The notes below the pieces were generated by a model. It was given only the letters and a program-made list of their open reading frames with translations, ran no database searches and was not told the origin of the DNA. A stretch of DNA of 63,928 nt, filler included, from Octopus bimaculoides (Eukaryota): assembly GCF_001194135.2 (NCBI RefSeq). It is 4 parts of 4 records of this genome, joined end to end, with 100 filler letters (N's around TTAATTAATTAA, not from the genome) between each part and the next. Parts side by side here need not be neighbours in the genome. Positions count along the whole stretch, not along the records: positions 41,177 to 63,928 come from NC_068999.1; 3 more parts are not named here. The stretch is one strand, 5' to 3'. The position numbers and the translations under genes were made by a program. This document shows positions 47,908 through 62,112 of this stretch, piece after piece; position 1 is the first letter of the stretch, and the number at the start of each line of letters is the position of its first letter.

Positions 47908-50900
47908 TAGAAACGTTATGAATTGAAAATGAGGCTGACTAGTCACACACACACACACACACATGTGTGTGTGATAAAACTACAAAATATATAAGTACAC
48001 ACACACACACACACACAGAGTATAGTTAGGCACAGTCCTCCCACACTCGCAGACGAAATACATCCCGACTCAATAAACAGTTGCCAACACTTCCATAAAA
48101 CATTGTCTATGCATACACACACACACACACACACACACGTCTAGTCTGTATCTTGGTTTCCTATTTATCCAAGAACTGTCGTTTGTCTAACAACAGTGGA
48201 ACTTGGTTAAAGATAGTCTTGTACTAATTTCTGGCTACAGAACTAACTACAAGCTTTAAATAAAGTGTGTGTGTGTGTGTGTGAGTGCATAAGTATGTAT
48301 GTATATTCATTTGTTTTATGTTCATTTTTTCATGCTAGTATGGGTCAGATGTCCTTCCTGTTGGGAATCCTTAACTTTTTCTCAAGTAGTGTTAATGAAG
48401 ACATACACACATGTAACAACACTACCCTGTGTATGCGTATGTATGCACACACACACACACAGCACAAACACACATGCACACAGAGTAAGAGGGATAAATT
48501 TGGTAAAATGACAGAGTACCACCAGACCAATCTGAAAATCAGGAGTTCAAGACATTCCTGAACACTGCAAATCAGAGCTGTTAAAATATATACAACTGAC
48601 CAACACTGACTGACCACTGACCCTCAAATATTGCCAGAAATTTAACCACGGCCACAATAACCACATGTCCAAAAATTTCATCTTGATGAAATAATATAAT
48701 TACTGGACTAAATAGGAAATATCCATGGTGTGAAGTAAGAGGAATTGGTTCGGTCCAAAATTAACTCTTTGGCATTCAGATTTTTTTGGCCAATTTATTG
48801 CTTGTTTATCCACATTGTTTAGAAATGACCAGGCATTATCCCGTAGCTTCAGTATTGTGATAATATGATTGTATATTTTTAGAACGGCATTGTAGGGTAG
48901 GTGTGAGAGGTTGGATCTGGTCCGAGGTACAAGAAGATGAATATAAGATAGAAAAGAGGTAGAGAACTGGAAAGTGAGGGAGTGCAAGTTCTCGAGTATG
49001 CAAGGGGAGAGTAACAGATGATGGTTTGAGGTGGGGACAGAGGTAAATGAACAAAATGCTGAACAAGGGTGAAGGCATGGTCTGTCACGTACGTCACTCC
49101 AGGGCCTGGATTATAATGAAGTACTCAATACATGTAACTGGATTTATTAATTTTCGTTTCTTTCATTATGCTGAGATTCCCCAATATAACTACTGAGAGT
49201 CTCCTATTATTTGAAAATGCACGAACTATTTGCACTCACCTCGACCTGCCGCCCCCTCCTCCCGTTCCCCCCTGCTTCTCTTTAATAGGGCCTGCACACC
49301 AGTCCTCAGTTCAGTTCCATTGTGTATCACCCCATAAAACAAATTTNNNNNNNNNNGCAGATGCAGCAGAATAAAGCCAGCTGCATCAAATGAAACAGCA
49401 ACAAAAGGGGAAAAGCCAACAGCAATCTTTGTGTGTGTGTGTGTGTGTGTACGTGTGTGTGTGCAGCATTTATTGTAACAGGTGACAGCGGAGGTGCATA
49501 CTTTTGATGTGAAAGTGCGCAATAAAATGCAACCGACTAGTTGCAAAGAGATATTTATCTCCACATGACAGTTAAAAACGCTCTGCACACAAAAGCAGAT
49601 AGAAAACAGTCCAAAAAACATCTGGTCGTCAACTCGAAACAATAACACACACCACCCACCCAGGGGCCCACCCACTCTCTCTCTCTCTATCACTCCGTCA
49701 CCCCGCCCCCCCACCTGTGTACACTCAGTTGATTAACCCTGTGACATTTGTGACGCATCACAATATTAGTAATAAAGGTCTGTGTATATATATACATATA
49801 TATATATATGTGTAAATGTGTAGTATGTGTGTGTATAGGTAATGTGTTTTTGTGTATTATATGCAAATGTGTGTGTGTAGAGATAATACATAAAGATGTG
49901 TGTGTAAGTACAGATACTATATGTAGGTGTGTGTGTGTGCGTGCATCTGTGTATAAGTTGTGAGTATAGCTGTGTGGTTAAGAAGTTTGTTTCACAACCA
50001 CAAGGTTCAAGGTTTGATCCCACTGAATGATAGCCTGACCAGGAGTCTCCCATTGTGTTTAACTAGCACCTTGCAAGTGGAATGTGGGAGACGGATATTG
50101 CAGGGAAGCCTGCCTTGGGTGTATTATTTCACAAGGCAGTTAGATATGAATCAAGGAAAATCTGACTGTTATTTCTAGGAAGTTGAGTAACCATAGAGAC
50201 TCGTTAATTTGATGGAAGCAGTTTTTAGTGGTGAAGTGCTGTGTGCTAGATGATGACAAGGAAATGGTATGGTGCTGTGAGACCCATCCAATCCATACCA
50301 TTGTGTGTGTCTGTGTGTGTGTGTGTGTGTGAGACAGAAATGAAGGAATGTAAATGGGTGACCATATGTTATAAGACCAACACAGGAGACATGGAAGTAA
50401 AAGGATGACAATGATGATGATGGTGATTGGCAAACAATCTTTAATCTATAAGCTTGTCAAGAATTTCTGCTACCCTCCAGACTTCCTCCCTACTAGCCCC
50501 CTAGCTCTGTAAGGCACTTTTTTGTTTAGAAAAGGAAGATGCCCCTAGTCCAGAGGGTGAGGGGGTAAATTTGGAAGTTATTTGCTGCTGCTGTCACCAA
50601 GTGTCACATGAATTTGATCCCAGACCACTGATGTTATATAATGAGCTGGCAATGGTAAGTGTAAGAAGAGATGTGATTATTAAGATTTCCCCTTCCCAAT
50701 TAAAACGACTAATTATAAACAGGACATTTTATGAGGAATCAAATTCTTGGCAGAAATGGTAAGCAAATGTTGTTATGTTTTATGTGGGGTTCTTGGAGAT
50801 TTTATGTCTTTGCTTTATGGCTTCACTAACACAGACATATATACATACATCTCTCTCTCTCTACACACACATGCATTTGTTTCAGTCATTCGACTGCAGC

Positions 50901-51167
50901 CATGCAGTCCCTTCGGTCATAAATGACCATGGGATTGCACCTAGAAAGTTCCCCTCTGAGGCACAAGTCCGGGCAAGGCTGTTTATGGAAGACCAGCAGC
51001 TGCCCAAGCATACCAACCTCTCATATCTCTTTTATTCTTTTACTTGTTTCAGTCTTTTGACTGTGGCCATGCTGGAGCACCGCCGAACCGCTAAGTTACG
51101 GGGACATAAACACACCAGCATCGGTTGTCAAGCGATGTTGGGGGAACAAACACACACATACAAACAT

Positions 51168-51198
<31 letters not shown>

Positions 51199-52164
51199 NN
51201 NNNNNNNNNNNNNNNNNNNNNNNNNNNNNNNNNNNNNNNNNNNNNNNNNNNNNNNNNNNNNNNNNNNNNNNNNNNNNNNNNNNNNNNNNNNNNNNNNNNN
51301 NNNNNNNNNNNNNNNNNNNNNNNNNNNNNNNNNNNNNNNNNNNNNNNNNNNNNNNNNNNNNNNNNNNNNNNNNNNNNNNNNNNNNNNNNNNNNNNNNNNN
51401 NNNNNNNNNNNNNNNNNNNNNNNNNNNNNNNNNNNNNNNNNNNNNNNNNNNNNNNNNNNNNNNNNNNNNNNNNNNNNNNNNNNNNNNNNNNNNNNNNNNN
51501 NNNNNNNNNNNNNNNNNNNNNNNNNNNNNNNNNNTGTCAGAGATAACAAATGAAAAAAAAAAAATGAATTTCTATTGGACTGTGACATCTCAACCATCAC
51601 AGCACCATCATCATCATCATGAATACAAATAACAGTTCTCTCTCACACACACACACACACACACACCCTTCCACCTCGTAATATCAACATCCTTGTTTAA
51701 CCTGTAATATGATAAACACACACACACACGCACATACTGTTATACCATCGTATCCACTATGTAGGTCAGTGTAGTGCAGATTATGACTAATACATCACAG
51801 TCACCCAAATACACCAAAACAACTTTATACACACACACACACACATCTGCTGCTGTTGTTGTTGTTGAACGCCAGGTCAGTTGTGATCCAGCAGACTTTA
51901 GGATCAAATCCGTTCCACCCAGGACCATATCGTCTTTCTGTATATCGCAGAACATTACAGCCCAATGTCTTACCCCCCTTTTAAAGCCGACAACGTTTGA
52001 CATGAAAGGAGACAGCTAATTAAAAAGTATGTTATTCTGTGGTGGCAGTAGTAGCAGTAGCAGCAGCAGCAGTAGTAATACTAAGATAGGCTTAGTAGAT
52101 ATGGGGTAACTAGCTGGACCTAAATAGCAACAACAGTAATCCTTTCTACTAAATACACAAGGCC

Positions 52165-52845
52165 TCTAATTTTCGTGGGGAGGGTTAGGGACTAGTCAAT
52201 TACATCAACCCCAGTGCATAACTGGTACTTATTTCATCGACCCAGGAAGGATGGGAGACAAAGTCGACCCCGGTGGAATTTGAACTCAGAATATAAAGAC
52301 AGAGGAAACGTTGCAAAGCATTTTGCCTGGCATGCTGAAGGCTCCGCCAGCTCACCATAATGATCATGGTGATAGTAGTAGTGGTGGTGGTGGTGGTGTT
52401 GGTAGTAGTAGTAGTAGNNNNNNNNNNNNNNNNNNNNNNNNNNNNNNNNNNNNNNNNNNNNNNNNNNNNNNNNNNNNNNNNNNNNNNNNNNNNNNNNNNN
52501 NNNNNNNNNNNNNNNNNNNNNNNNNNNNNNNNNNNNNNNNNNNNNNNNNNNNNNNNNNNNNNNNNNNNTGTTGGTAGTAGTAGTAGTAGTAGTGGTGGTG
52601 GTGGTGGTGTTGGTAGTAGTAGTAGTAGCAGCAGTATAATTTCTGTCATAGGCACAATGCCAACAACTTGGAGAGGGTGGGGGTTAAGTTAGTTAAATTG
52701 ATCCCAGTAACTGACTGGTACAGAATTTATTATTCCTGGAGGGATGAATGAAAGGTAAAGTTGACTTCGGTGGGATTTGAACTCGGAACATAAAGATGCA
52801 GAAGGAAGGCTGCTAAGTATTTTGTCTGGCACTGTGACAACTTGT
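52165..52845 (-). mobile_element. Two CpG-decayed family A SINEs (52165-52355, 52650-52845)
   Basis: Family A core with many CpG>TpG/CpA changes; (GTA)n/(GGT)n and a gap between them. Confidence 0.75.
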
Positions 52846-52869
52846 TACCTTAACAACAACATCATCAAC

Positions 52870-52920
<51 letters not shown>

Positions 52921-53831
52921 GATGGTAGTAGTAGTTTTACAAGGTTTAACTTATGGGTTGGAGGATATTGAAAAGACATGAATAATAAATGAAAAGATGT
53001 TGAAATGAATAAAACAGACGAGAAAATGATGAATCGATGTGAAAAATCTATAAACAGATGTGAAAATAATAAAAAGACGTGAAGATGAATAAAGTAGATG
53101 AGAAAATAAAATTAATAGATGTTGAAATAAATAAAAAAAAATAATAAAAACGGTGTGGAAACAGAGAGACAAAGAAACAAACAGATGTGATATTTCAGAT
53201 AAATAACTTATTTATATTTTCCCCCCCCCAACAAAAATAAAAACCATCAGTTGAGGGATTTCATTCCATGAATAAATAAATAATTTTTACATTACATAAG
53301 GGGCAGCACACACACACACACGCATTAATGTGTGTGTGTGTGTGTGTGTATCAGTGATATTAAACAGAAGAATAATCAATGTAAACCACAATTGTTTACA
53401 TACAGAGCCACACATACACACAACATACACACACACACACACCACAACATACAAACACACACACACACACACACCACAACATACAAACACACACACAGAG
53501 TAATATTACAAAAACATGTCCCTCCCATCAAAGGCCTGAAAGGAAACTTGATTTGCTAGAAATAACAGCTAAATGTCCCATAAATCACACACTACTGTTT
53601 TATAAAAAAGAAGGACACCTGCAGAAGAAGATAGGACAATGGTGCTGGAGCCTCTTTTATGGATAGGTCAATTGGATCCGGACTGACCTTGGGCTAAACA
53701 ACAGCCTCTATAGCCATGAACTAACTAGTATACATTATATAATGTAGTCCTAGATACACTGTGTCTTGCCTGGGGAAAAAGATTGGATGGTGACAACAGG
53801 AACATCATTGATCATACGAGGGTATATATAC

Positions 53832-53879
<48 letters not shown>

Positions 53880-53903
53880 NNNNNNNNNNNNNNNNNNNNN
53901 NNN

Positions 53904-53935
<32 letters not shown>

Positions 53936-54246
53936 GGTCGTGATCGTGTGCCTGGTGATTTCTAAGACCAATAAGTGGAACCCAAAAAGCAATGACCACC
54001 ACCACCACTGCCCTAAGACAATGTAGCAGCAACAGTAGTAGTAGTAGTAGCAATAGCTTGCAGGACAATTTAGATGAATAATCACCATGGAAACACGCAA
54101 GTAACTAAGCAACACAACTACTGCTGTTGTTGCTGAAGATGTCAGTGCTGATGTAGTTGATGATGATGCTGTTTGGCCGTGGTGAGTGTGTGTGTGTTTG
54201 TATATGTAAGAGTTTGTATGCATATGTTAATGTGTTCATATACATA

Positions 54247-54290
<44 letters not shown>

Positions 54291-54390
54291 CATTTGTATG
54301 CAAGTGTATAGGTATGTGTTTATATGCCTGTATGTGTACATGTGTGAACATCACATACCAACATATACAGGTTTGCAAGCATGTCTCTCT

Positions 54391-54424
<34 letters not shown>

Positions 54425-55172
54425 GAGAAACGGAATAGGACAGCAGTGTGACAGTGCTATGTCACGTCCTGGCAGCCGGGTGTGTAACAACACCATGTCA
54501 TACCCAGCCAATATGTGACATACAGCAGATGTAGTGGGGAAAGCATAATAAAAGATGGTAGATTAGAGGGGACACTCTCCCCCCCCCCCCNNNNNNNNNN
54601 NNNNNNNNNNNNNNNNNNNNNNNNNNNNNNNNNNNNNNNNNNNNNNNNNNNNNNNNNNNNNNNNNNNNNNNNNNNNNNNNNNNNNNNNNNNNNNNNNNNN
54701 NNNNNNNNNNNNNNNNNNNNNNNNNNNNNNNNNNNNNNNNNNNNNNNNNNNNNNNNNCAGTCAGTTGGTCAGTGTTTGCAGGAATGTGATATAACGAGGA
54801 AAGATAGAGTTAACATGTGTGTGTGTGTGTGTGTGTGTGTATGGATGTGAGTGCAATATATGTGTGCATGTGTATGCATGTATGTGTATATATAAGTGCC
54901 TGTATACATGTATATAAGTATGTATGCATGGGTATATGTGCGTGTATGTGTGTTCTCTGATAAGGTGTCTGTAGATGGTTGAATCAATCACAGCATTGTC
55001 CATGACTAATGAATGACCAGTCTCCACCCCTAGGAATCAATACAGAGCACAACCAAAGTATTCACCATTTCTAGCATGGCCACTGTTATCAATGGGGTAC
55101 CATTCCATTCCGACTTGTGGTACCTGCCTACACCCCGTGGGACTGGGCCATTGAAACATCAGAAAGTCACAG

Positions 55173-55235
<63 letters not shown>

Positions 55236-55500
55236 AAAAAACATGTCTGAACTCCAGAGAAACATTAATTGCTAAGAATCTAGTGTCGGTTGGCAACAGG
55301 AAGGACAAATACACATTAAAATGACGATGTAACATCACTTAACAAATGAGCATTTGTTTACATCCTCACAACTTAGTGGTTTGGCAATTAGAGATTGATA
55401 GAATACGTACTAGACTTTAAAAAACAAAAAAAGAAGTAAATTAGAAAATTACTATCTTTAAATCTCACAACGAGAGATATTCAGCAACAGTACTTTGGAG

Positions 55501-55688
55501 TAAAGATTGTTTGCTAACATAACATGGCAGTCCTGGTTTAGGATGAATGTTGCTGTAATTTAGCCCCAAGAGACGTCGTATCCAGATTGTGTCATGTAGC
55601 CAGCTGGAGACGATGTCTCCTGGGGCTAAATTACAGCAACATTCGTCCTAAACCAGGACTGCCATGTTATGTTGGCAAACAATCTTTA
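55501..55688. repeat. Foldback inverted repeat, 79-bp arms, 30-nt loop
   Basis: 55501-55579 is the reverse complement of 55610-55688 with 4 mismatches, all transitions. Confidence 0.92.
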
Positions 55689-56534
55689 ATCCCCAAAAGA
55701 AGTACCATGGCTGATTTGATTGGTTGTATGTCCCAGCATGGCCATGGTCTCTATGACTGAAAACCAGTAAAAGTGTAAATGAGTGTCCATAATTCACACA
55801 ACCAACAAAGATGCTCCTGAAATTCAGAGCAGAAGAAGTAGAGCAAATCTGTAGAAATAATGATGACACACTACTTCTGTATTGAGTACTTTTTCTGGCT
55901 TCTTAGGAAAAGAAAAGCAGAGATAAAGACATGTTTGGGCATGTAAGTATACACAAACATTTTATATTGACATTTATATATATATATATATATTCGCACA
56001 CACATGTGGGTGCGTATTCGTGTGTGTGTGTATCTGCAAAAGACAAAATATACTGCCACCACCACCACCGCCACCACTGCCACTTCTATCAATAGTACTT
56101 CCCCCACCACTTAACTGAAACTGTTGTTGAAGTGACTTGCTATGTCTGGAGTGGTCGTTAAATCATCCACACTGCAACAACAGCATCAACATGAAACAGG
56201 TGGGTTAACACAAGACTCTTCAAGCTGGGTCAGAAACACAGGTTATCTGTCTGCTTGGTTGGGGGGGTGAGGGGGTGAGAGGGCGGCGGCGGTGTTGAAG
56301 TTGGCGGTGGGGGTTATAACTGACATTGTTGATGATGATGGCGGTGGTGGTGGTGGTAATTGTTGTTGATGGTGCAGGTGGAGGTTGTGCAGGCAGTAGT
56401 GGTGGTCATGGGGGTTGATCACTCTGATTGGCAGAGTAGTAGAGATGGTCATGTGAACAGTGGTAATGGTGATGGTGTGAGTGAGGTACCATATTTGGTA
56501 AATAATAATAATAATAATAATAATCCTTTCTAAT

Positions 56535-56737
56535 ATAGGCACAAGGCCTGAAATTTTTGGGGAAGGGTTAAGTCGATTGCATAGACCCCCAGTACTCAAC
56601 TGGTACTTAATTTCTCGACCCCGAAAGGATGAAAGATAAAATCGACCTTGGCAGAATTTGAACTCAGAACATAAAGACAGACGAAATGCCGCTAAGCATT
56701 TCGCCCAGTGAGCTGATGATTCTGCCAGTTTGCCACC

Positions 56738-56771
<34 letters not shown>

Positions 56772-57599
56772 TGATGATGACGACGATGATGATGATTTCT
56801 AATCTTAATTCAAGGCCAAACAATATCTGAGGCCTTGTGCTTCCAGTAGAAAGGATTATTATTATTATTATTATTATTTATTTATTCATTTTGTTCATCA
56901 TGTACAAGTAAGTGTGTATTCATCGTTATTTTATTTATTTTATTCAATTAAAAAAAAAAACTGAAGCATGTCTTTGACAATCCCGGAGTTTATTGAACTT
57001 ATTTTGTGTGTGACTTTTGGCCCACCCTGTACGTTTCCTAATGATATTCAATTATTAAGACGGAGTAAGATATCTTTCTATATCCCTCAAATGGCTATGG
57101 AGGTGGTCCAGCAGAGTAAAATAGGAACCAAAAGGGCTCCAAAGGCAAAAAAATGGTTGAGAAGCACAGACAGAGAAGCTACCTGATTGTTTTGAGCTCA
57201 ACGTGTAATTCTAACTACTTCCTTCTCACCAATGAATCACATGTCAAAGAGATACTAAAAGAGAACAAAGCCTGAGCTGATTACAGAATAATAATAGGAG
57301 GAAGAAGAAGAACAATGGTTTTACATTTTGATGCAAGGCCAGCAATTCTGGTGGGTGGGTGGGGGTTAGTCGATAACATTAAGTCCAGTATTTCACTGAT
57401 ACTTCATTCATCATATCAGCCCAGGAAGGATGAAAGGTAGAATCAACCATGTGGGCAAGATATGAACTCAGCACATAAACAGATGGAAGAAATTCCACTA
57501 AGCATTTTTCCTGGCACTCTACTGATTCAGTTGAACTTGGTGGAATTTGAATGTAAAGAGACAATTCACTGTGCTAACGATTCTGGCAGCTTGCCATCT

Positions 57600-57638
<39 letters not shown>

Positions 57639-57785
57639 GTTTCAAAATCTGCCACAAGGGCAGCCATTTTGGGAGAGGGGATGAGTTGATTACATCAACA
57701 CCAGTGTGTCACTCGTACTTAATTTACTGACCCCAAAAGGATGACAAGCAAAGTCAACCTTGGTGGAATTTGAACTCGGAACATG
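56535..57785 (-). mobile_element. Cluster of family A SINEs (56535-56740, 57330-57600, 57640-57785)
   Basis: Core matches, partly to strongly CpG-depleted, with (AAT)n flanks. Confidence 0.75.
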
Positions 57786-57900
57786 CTCCAAGTTCAAATT
57801 CGGGTATGGTTACAATGGCCAAAGCTAAATCAACTGACCACAAAAGTCCCTTGACCAACAGGCAATTGGTCAGCTGAGTACTCCATGGACATGCATACCC

Positions 57901-58128
57901 TTAACTCTTTAGTATTCAAACCTGCCATATCCAGCCCAAAATATTCTACCTGCTTTATGTTCAAACTGGCCAGATCTGGCCTCTCACACTTACCCTGCAA
58001 TGTCATTCTAAAAAATACAACCACGTCATCAAAATACCAAAACCACAAGATAAGACACTACTAATGGAAAACAATGAGAATAAACAAAAATTACATTTGA
58101 CAAAATAATCCGAAGGCTAAAGGGTTAA
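57901..58128. mobile_element. piggyBac-type MITE, same family as 42090
   Basis: ttaactctttagtattc...ggctaaagggttaa; internal ggccagatctggcctctcacac shared. Confidence 0.75.
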
Positions 58129-60380
58129 TGTAGTTCTGAAGGAGATTCCGCATGACACAGAACCATTTCAAAAGGAGGGGCATGGCTGGTCCACTTAATC
58201 TTCATGTGGTTTAACACCAACGCATGCTGGCAGCATCTTGGATGTCTTCAGTGGAAGACTCTGTTCTGTTTGAAGCATTCTGGTTAGGTCTATGGTTTGA
58301 GGACATCTTTCTCCCTCCCAAGTGAAGATATATGACCTAATAGTTAGACTGTTCAGCTCAGAATTCTAAGTTTGTCGGTTCAATTCCTGAACCAGGCAGC
58401 ACATTGTGTCCTCGAGCAAGATGCTTCATTTCACATTGCCTTGCTCCAGTCTATTTGGTTGTAAAATGGGTACCAGTTGAATGCTGGTACAGCTCCCTCT
58501 CTCTCCATCCAGTTACCACATTTCTGCTGTTCCAATGGGTTAAAGGATGGAAGAGCCAGGAGGATGTCCAGGACTGCTTGTGATTACACAGGCACCTAAA
58601 ACATTTTGTGAAAGTAGGGCTCATGTTAGTAAGCCATACTGGTGATGTGATAACTGAAGATACTACCTCTCCCCCTCCTAGTATTCTCGGAATTCCTGTG
58701 AAGTGTAATGGGTACCACCTCTTCTCCTGACAAAAAGGGCCCAGGTTGGTCCCATGCCTTTAGCATTCAGATGATTCTGTCAGGTGCACAGCTTATTTAC
58801 CCTCGTTGTTTCGGTTTAATCATACATTATCTCAGAGCTTTGAGATTTTGATGTTGTGAATGTTGATTTTCCGAATGACATCATAGGGTGGTTGTGAGAG
58901 GCCAGATCTGACCAGTGACAGAAAATGGCCTGTTTAGATGCTAGAAAGTTAAAGCAGGTTTGTATCAGAAAAACTAATCAACTTTAACGTGACAGGTGGC
59001 AACAGCAAAGAAAGGTGTGGAGGTAAGATAAAGGATCACAAAATCCATTCATAACAACAACAACATTATTTATAAAGACTTCAGGATTTAGGATTGAGCA
59101 CAGCTCATGATTTCATTTCTTTGCTGCCAGGGTGAAGTCTCCTCAGCCTTAGATCATTTTTGTGAATTTAAAACTGTTTAACTCTTATCACGTTACATAC
59201 AATGGGGGTGAACCCACCCTCATTTATTCGCCTGCTATATTTAGTTGGAGCTATTCACGTTTCTATTGTGGTAATAGCATAATAAATGTGCTCCAGCTGC
59301 ACCCAGCCAGCTTAGTAGCAATTTGCCTGATCCAATGAAGCTTTTTTCTTTCAAGCAAGGGTGTGGTTTTGTCATTCTCTACAAAACAACAAAAAAACAC
59401 TGACACGCTCGCTCGTCATACTGTTGTTGTTGCTGTTGAACTCTTTTTCGATGGAGACAAACCCCACATTTTGTGTTGTATTTCGTCCTTCGATATTGTC
59501 CTCAACGTGTTGGGCCCTTGTGGCCAATATAAGAAATCCTTATTACAGTTATTTATATCCAAGTCAGTCCTCAACCAACATATCAAAGACGTTCCAGCCA
59601 TGACCAAACTGTCTTTTCTTTAGAGACAGTGTATCTTGGACTGCATTATTGAATATGTCTTCTTTTTCACATGTTACTGTGTGATATGAAGGATAGTTAC
59701 ACGTTATTTCTAGCACGTCAAATGACCACATAGAGGTTCCTTATTTGATTTTTTTTTTTTTTAATCCTAGGCCAGAGCTGATCCAGTCGAAGGGTTTTTC
59801 ATCAGACACATCCTTTCTTGGGGAAATATATATTTTTTGTATACGAAGGACTACATGGTTGAATGTGTCCCTTCTTTTTTATAATGACAGATTGTGTTTT
59901 GAGGGAGTTTTGGCTACTATTGACATTCTTGCTTTTAACCTTCTTATTGTTAGGGTTGTGGTGGTGGTGGTAGACAATTAATCTGAGACCTTACCATTTT
60001 CTTCAGCCCCTAACAATTGATACAAGGTGACCCCCCCTTTGTGAGAGGCAGATGAACAGTCACTCCCAGTCACTTGACAGCTCCTCAATTCAATCAACCC
60101 CAGAAAGACAAAACCCAGAGATGAAGCCAGTGGGATTTGAACTCAGGAAGAGGATTGGTCTGCAAGAGTCTTGTGCTGGTGCCACATAAAAGCACCCAGT
60201 GCACTCTGTAAAGTGGTTGGCATTAGGAAAGGCATCCAGCTGCAGAAACCATGCCAAAACAGAGATAATTGGAGCCAGGTGCTATTCTGTGACTTGCCAT
60301 CTCATGTCAAACCATCCAACTCATGCTAGCATGGAAAACCTGATATTAAATCATGATGATGTTGATGATGATGATGATGA

Positions 60381-60421
<41 letters not shown>

Positions 60422-60829
60422 CATATACACACCCACACACATCCTACTAACAAGTATGTAATGTTTTTTGAAGTGATATGTATTTTTTTATTTATTTGTT
60501 TTCTTATGATTTATTTATTTATCATTTTATTATTTCCTTTTTGTTTGATGTTATGTTTTATTTCCGGTGGGGGGAGGGGAGAGAGACCCCCCCCCGTGTT
60601 TGTGTGTGTGTGTGGTTTTGTGTTCCACTGTCCCCTAGTTTTTACGACATTGACTCTTTCTGAGGTTTTAATTGTGGGTGAAAGTGGGGGTATTTTAACA
60701 GTGACTATTGTAATCTGGTTGGATGGCTGGATGTGTATTGCCATATGTGTTGATGGAAGTGTTGGAAGTATAGGTGGGGTGTATAGATATACATCTATTT
60801 TTATAGCAACACATATATAGACATGTTCA

Positions 60830-61045
60830 TCATCATCATCGTTTAACGTCCGCTTTCCATGCTGGCATGGGTTGGACGGTTTGACTGGGGACTGACAGGC
60901 CAGGAGGCTGTACCAGGCTCCAATCTGATCTGGCAAGGTTTCTACGGCTGGATGCCCTTCCTAATGCCAACCACTCCGAGAGTGTAGTGGGTGCTTTTTG
61001 TACGTGCCACCGGCATGGGAGCCAGTCAGGCGGCACTGGCATCAA
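60830..61045. mobile_element. Repeat family with (CAT)n end, probably an RTE-related SINE or LINE 3' end
   Basis: catcatcatcgtttaacgtccgctttccatgctggcatggg...ggatgcccttcctaa. Homologous copies at 63675-63928 and reversed at 60170-60355. Confidence 0.7.
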
Positions 61046-61743
61046 CCAGGCTTGAGGAAACCAAATACATATACACACACACACACACCTGAGAGAGAGA
61101 GAGTGCGTGTGTGTGTGTGTGAAATTTCACAAATCAACTTCTAAAGTTAACTGTAACACTATTTTCGCTATTTAACACAGATAACTGTTTTCTGTCTCAC
61201 TTGTTCACGCTAAAATGTTTACCCATGCACACACACACACACATGCACGCAAAAGGTAGAGTGCCAAGATGCTTTGGAACTTTTTATTTCTATATTTTAC
61301 GATGACGATGATGATTTTTGTCTTTTTTTTTTTTTAATATGCATGTATCAAGTGTTTGTAGATGGCGTCAGCAGTGGTGGAGAGAGAGAGAGGGGTGGGG
61401 CACACTACCCAGGCATGCCAACTATTCAGGCCAACAAACTAGGTGACAGGGAGGGAGGGAAGGAGGGAGGCAGAGGGCATGTGGAGGATTCAGAGGGTGG
61501 AGTTGGTGGCAAAGGGAAAGGTTGGCTGTGCCTGTCTGTCTGCACTCATGTGTGTGTGTTTGTGTATGTGTGTGTGTGTGATTTTATCTATATATATATA
61601 TAAAGATACACACACACACTTAGAATGAGTTGACTATGTATGTTAGTGATGGTATTGAGGAAGGAGGAAGATAGTACATACATGTATTTTATATATGTAT
61701 ATATATATATATAGAGTTATTAATATTTCTGCTGGTTGCCCTA

Positions 61744-61779
<36 letters not shown>

Positions 61780-62052
61780 CAGCTTATCATCATGGATAAA
61801 TACCATCAACCAGTTATTGTCATTGAGAAACTAATGAGCTCCAAACACCCACACAATATCACTGCATTGGTAAATCTTCTGTTTAATGTAATCAGCTGGT
61901 TATGACTTATCCATTGTTATCTAGAGAGACACTGTCCTTAAGTGATCATAATAAGTGGCTTCCACTGTGTGTGTGTGTGTTTGTATACAGACACACCCAC
62001 ATACTCTCAAGAAGAAAAGAAGTAAAGAGGCAGGCAAATAAGTCAAAAATAG

Positions 62053-62112
<60 letters not shown>

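Noticed and set aside
55037-55160. Candidate upstream FNDC3 exon ending at a phase-1 G|GTGAAT
   Set aside because: Translation does not resemble the expected VILVxVNPGE-type segment and lacks a good acceptor.
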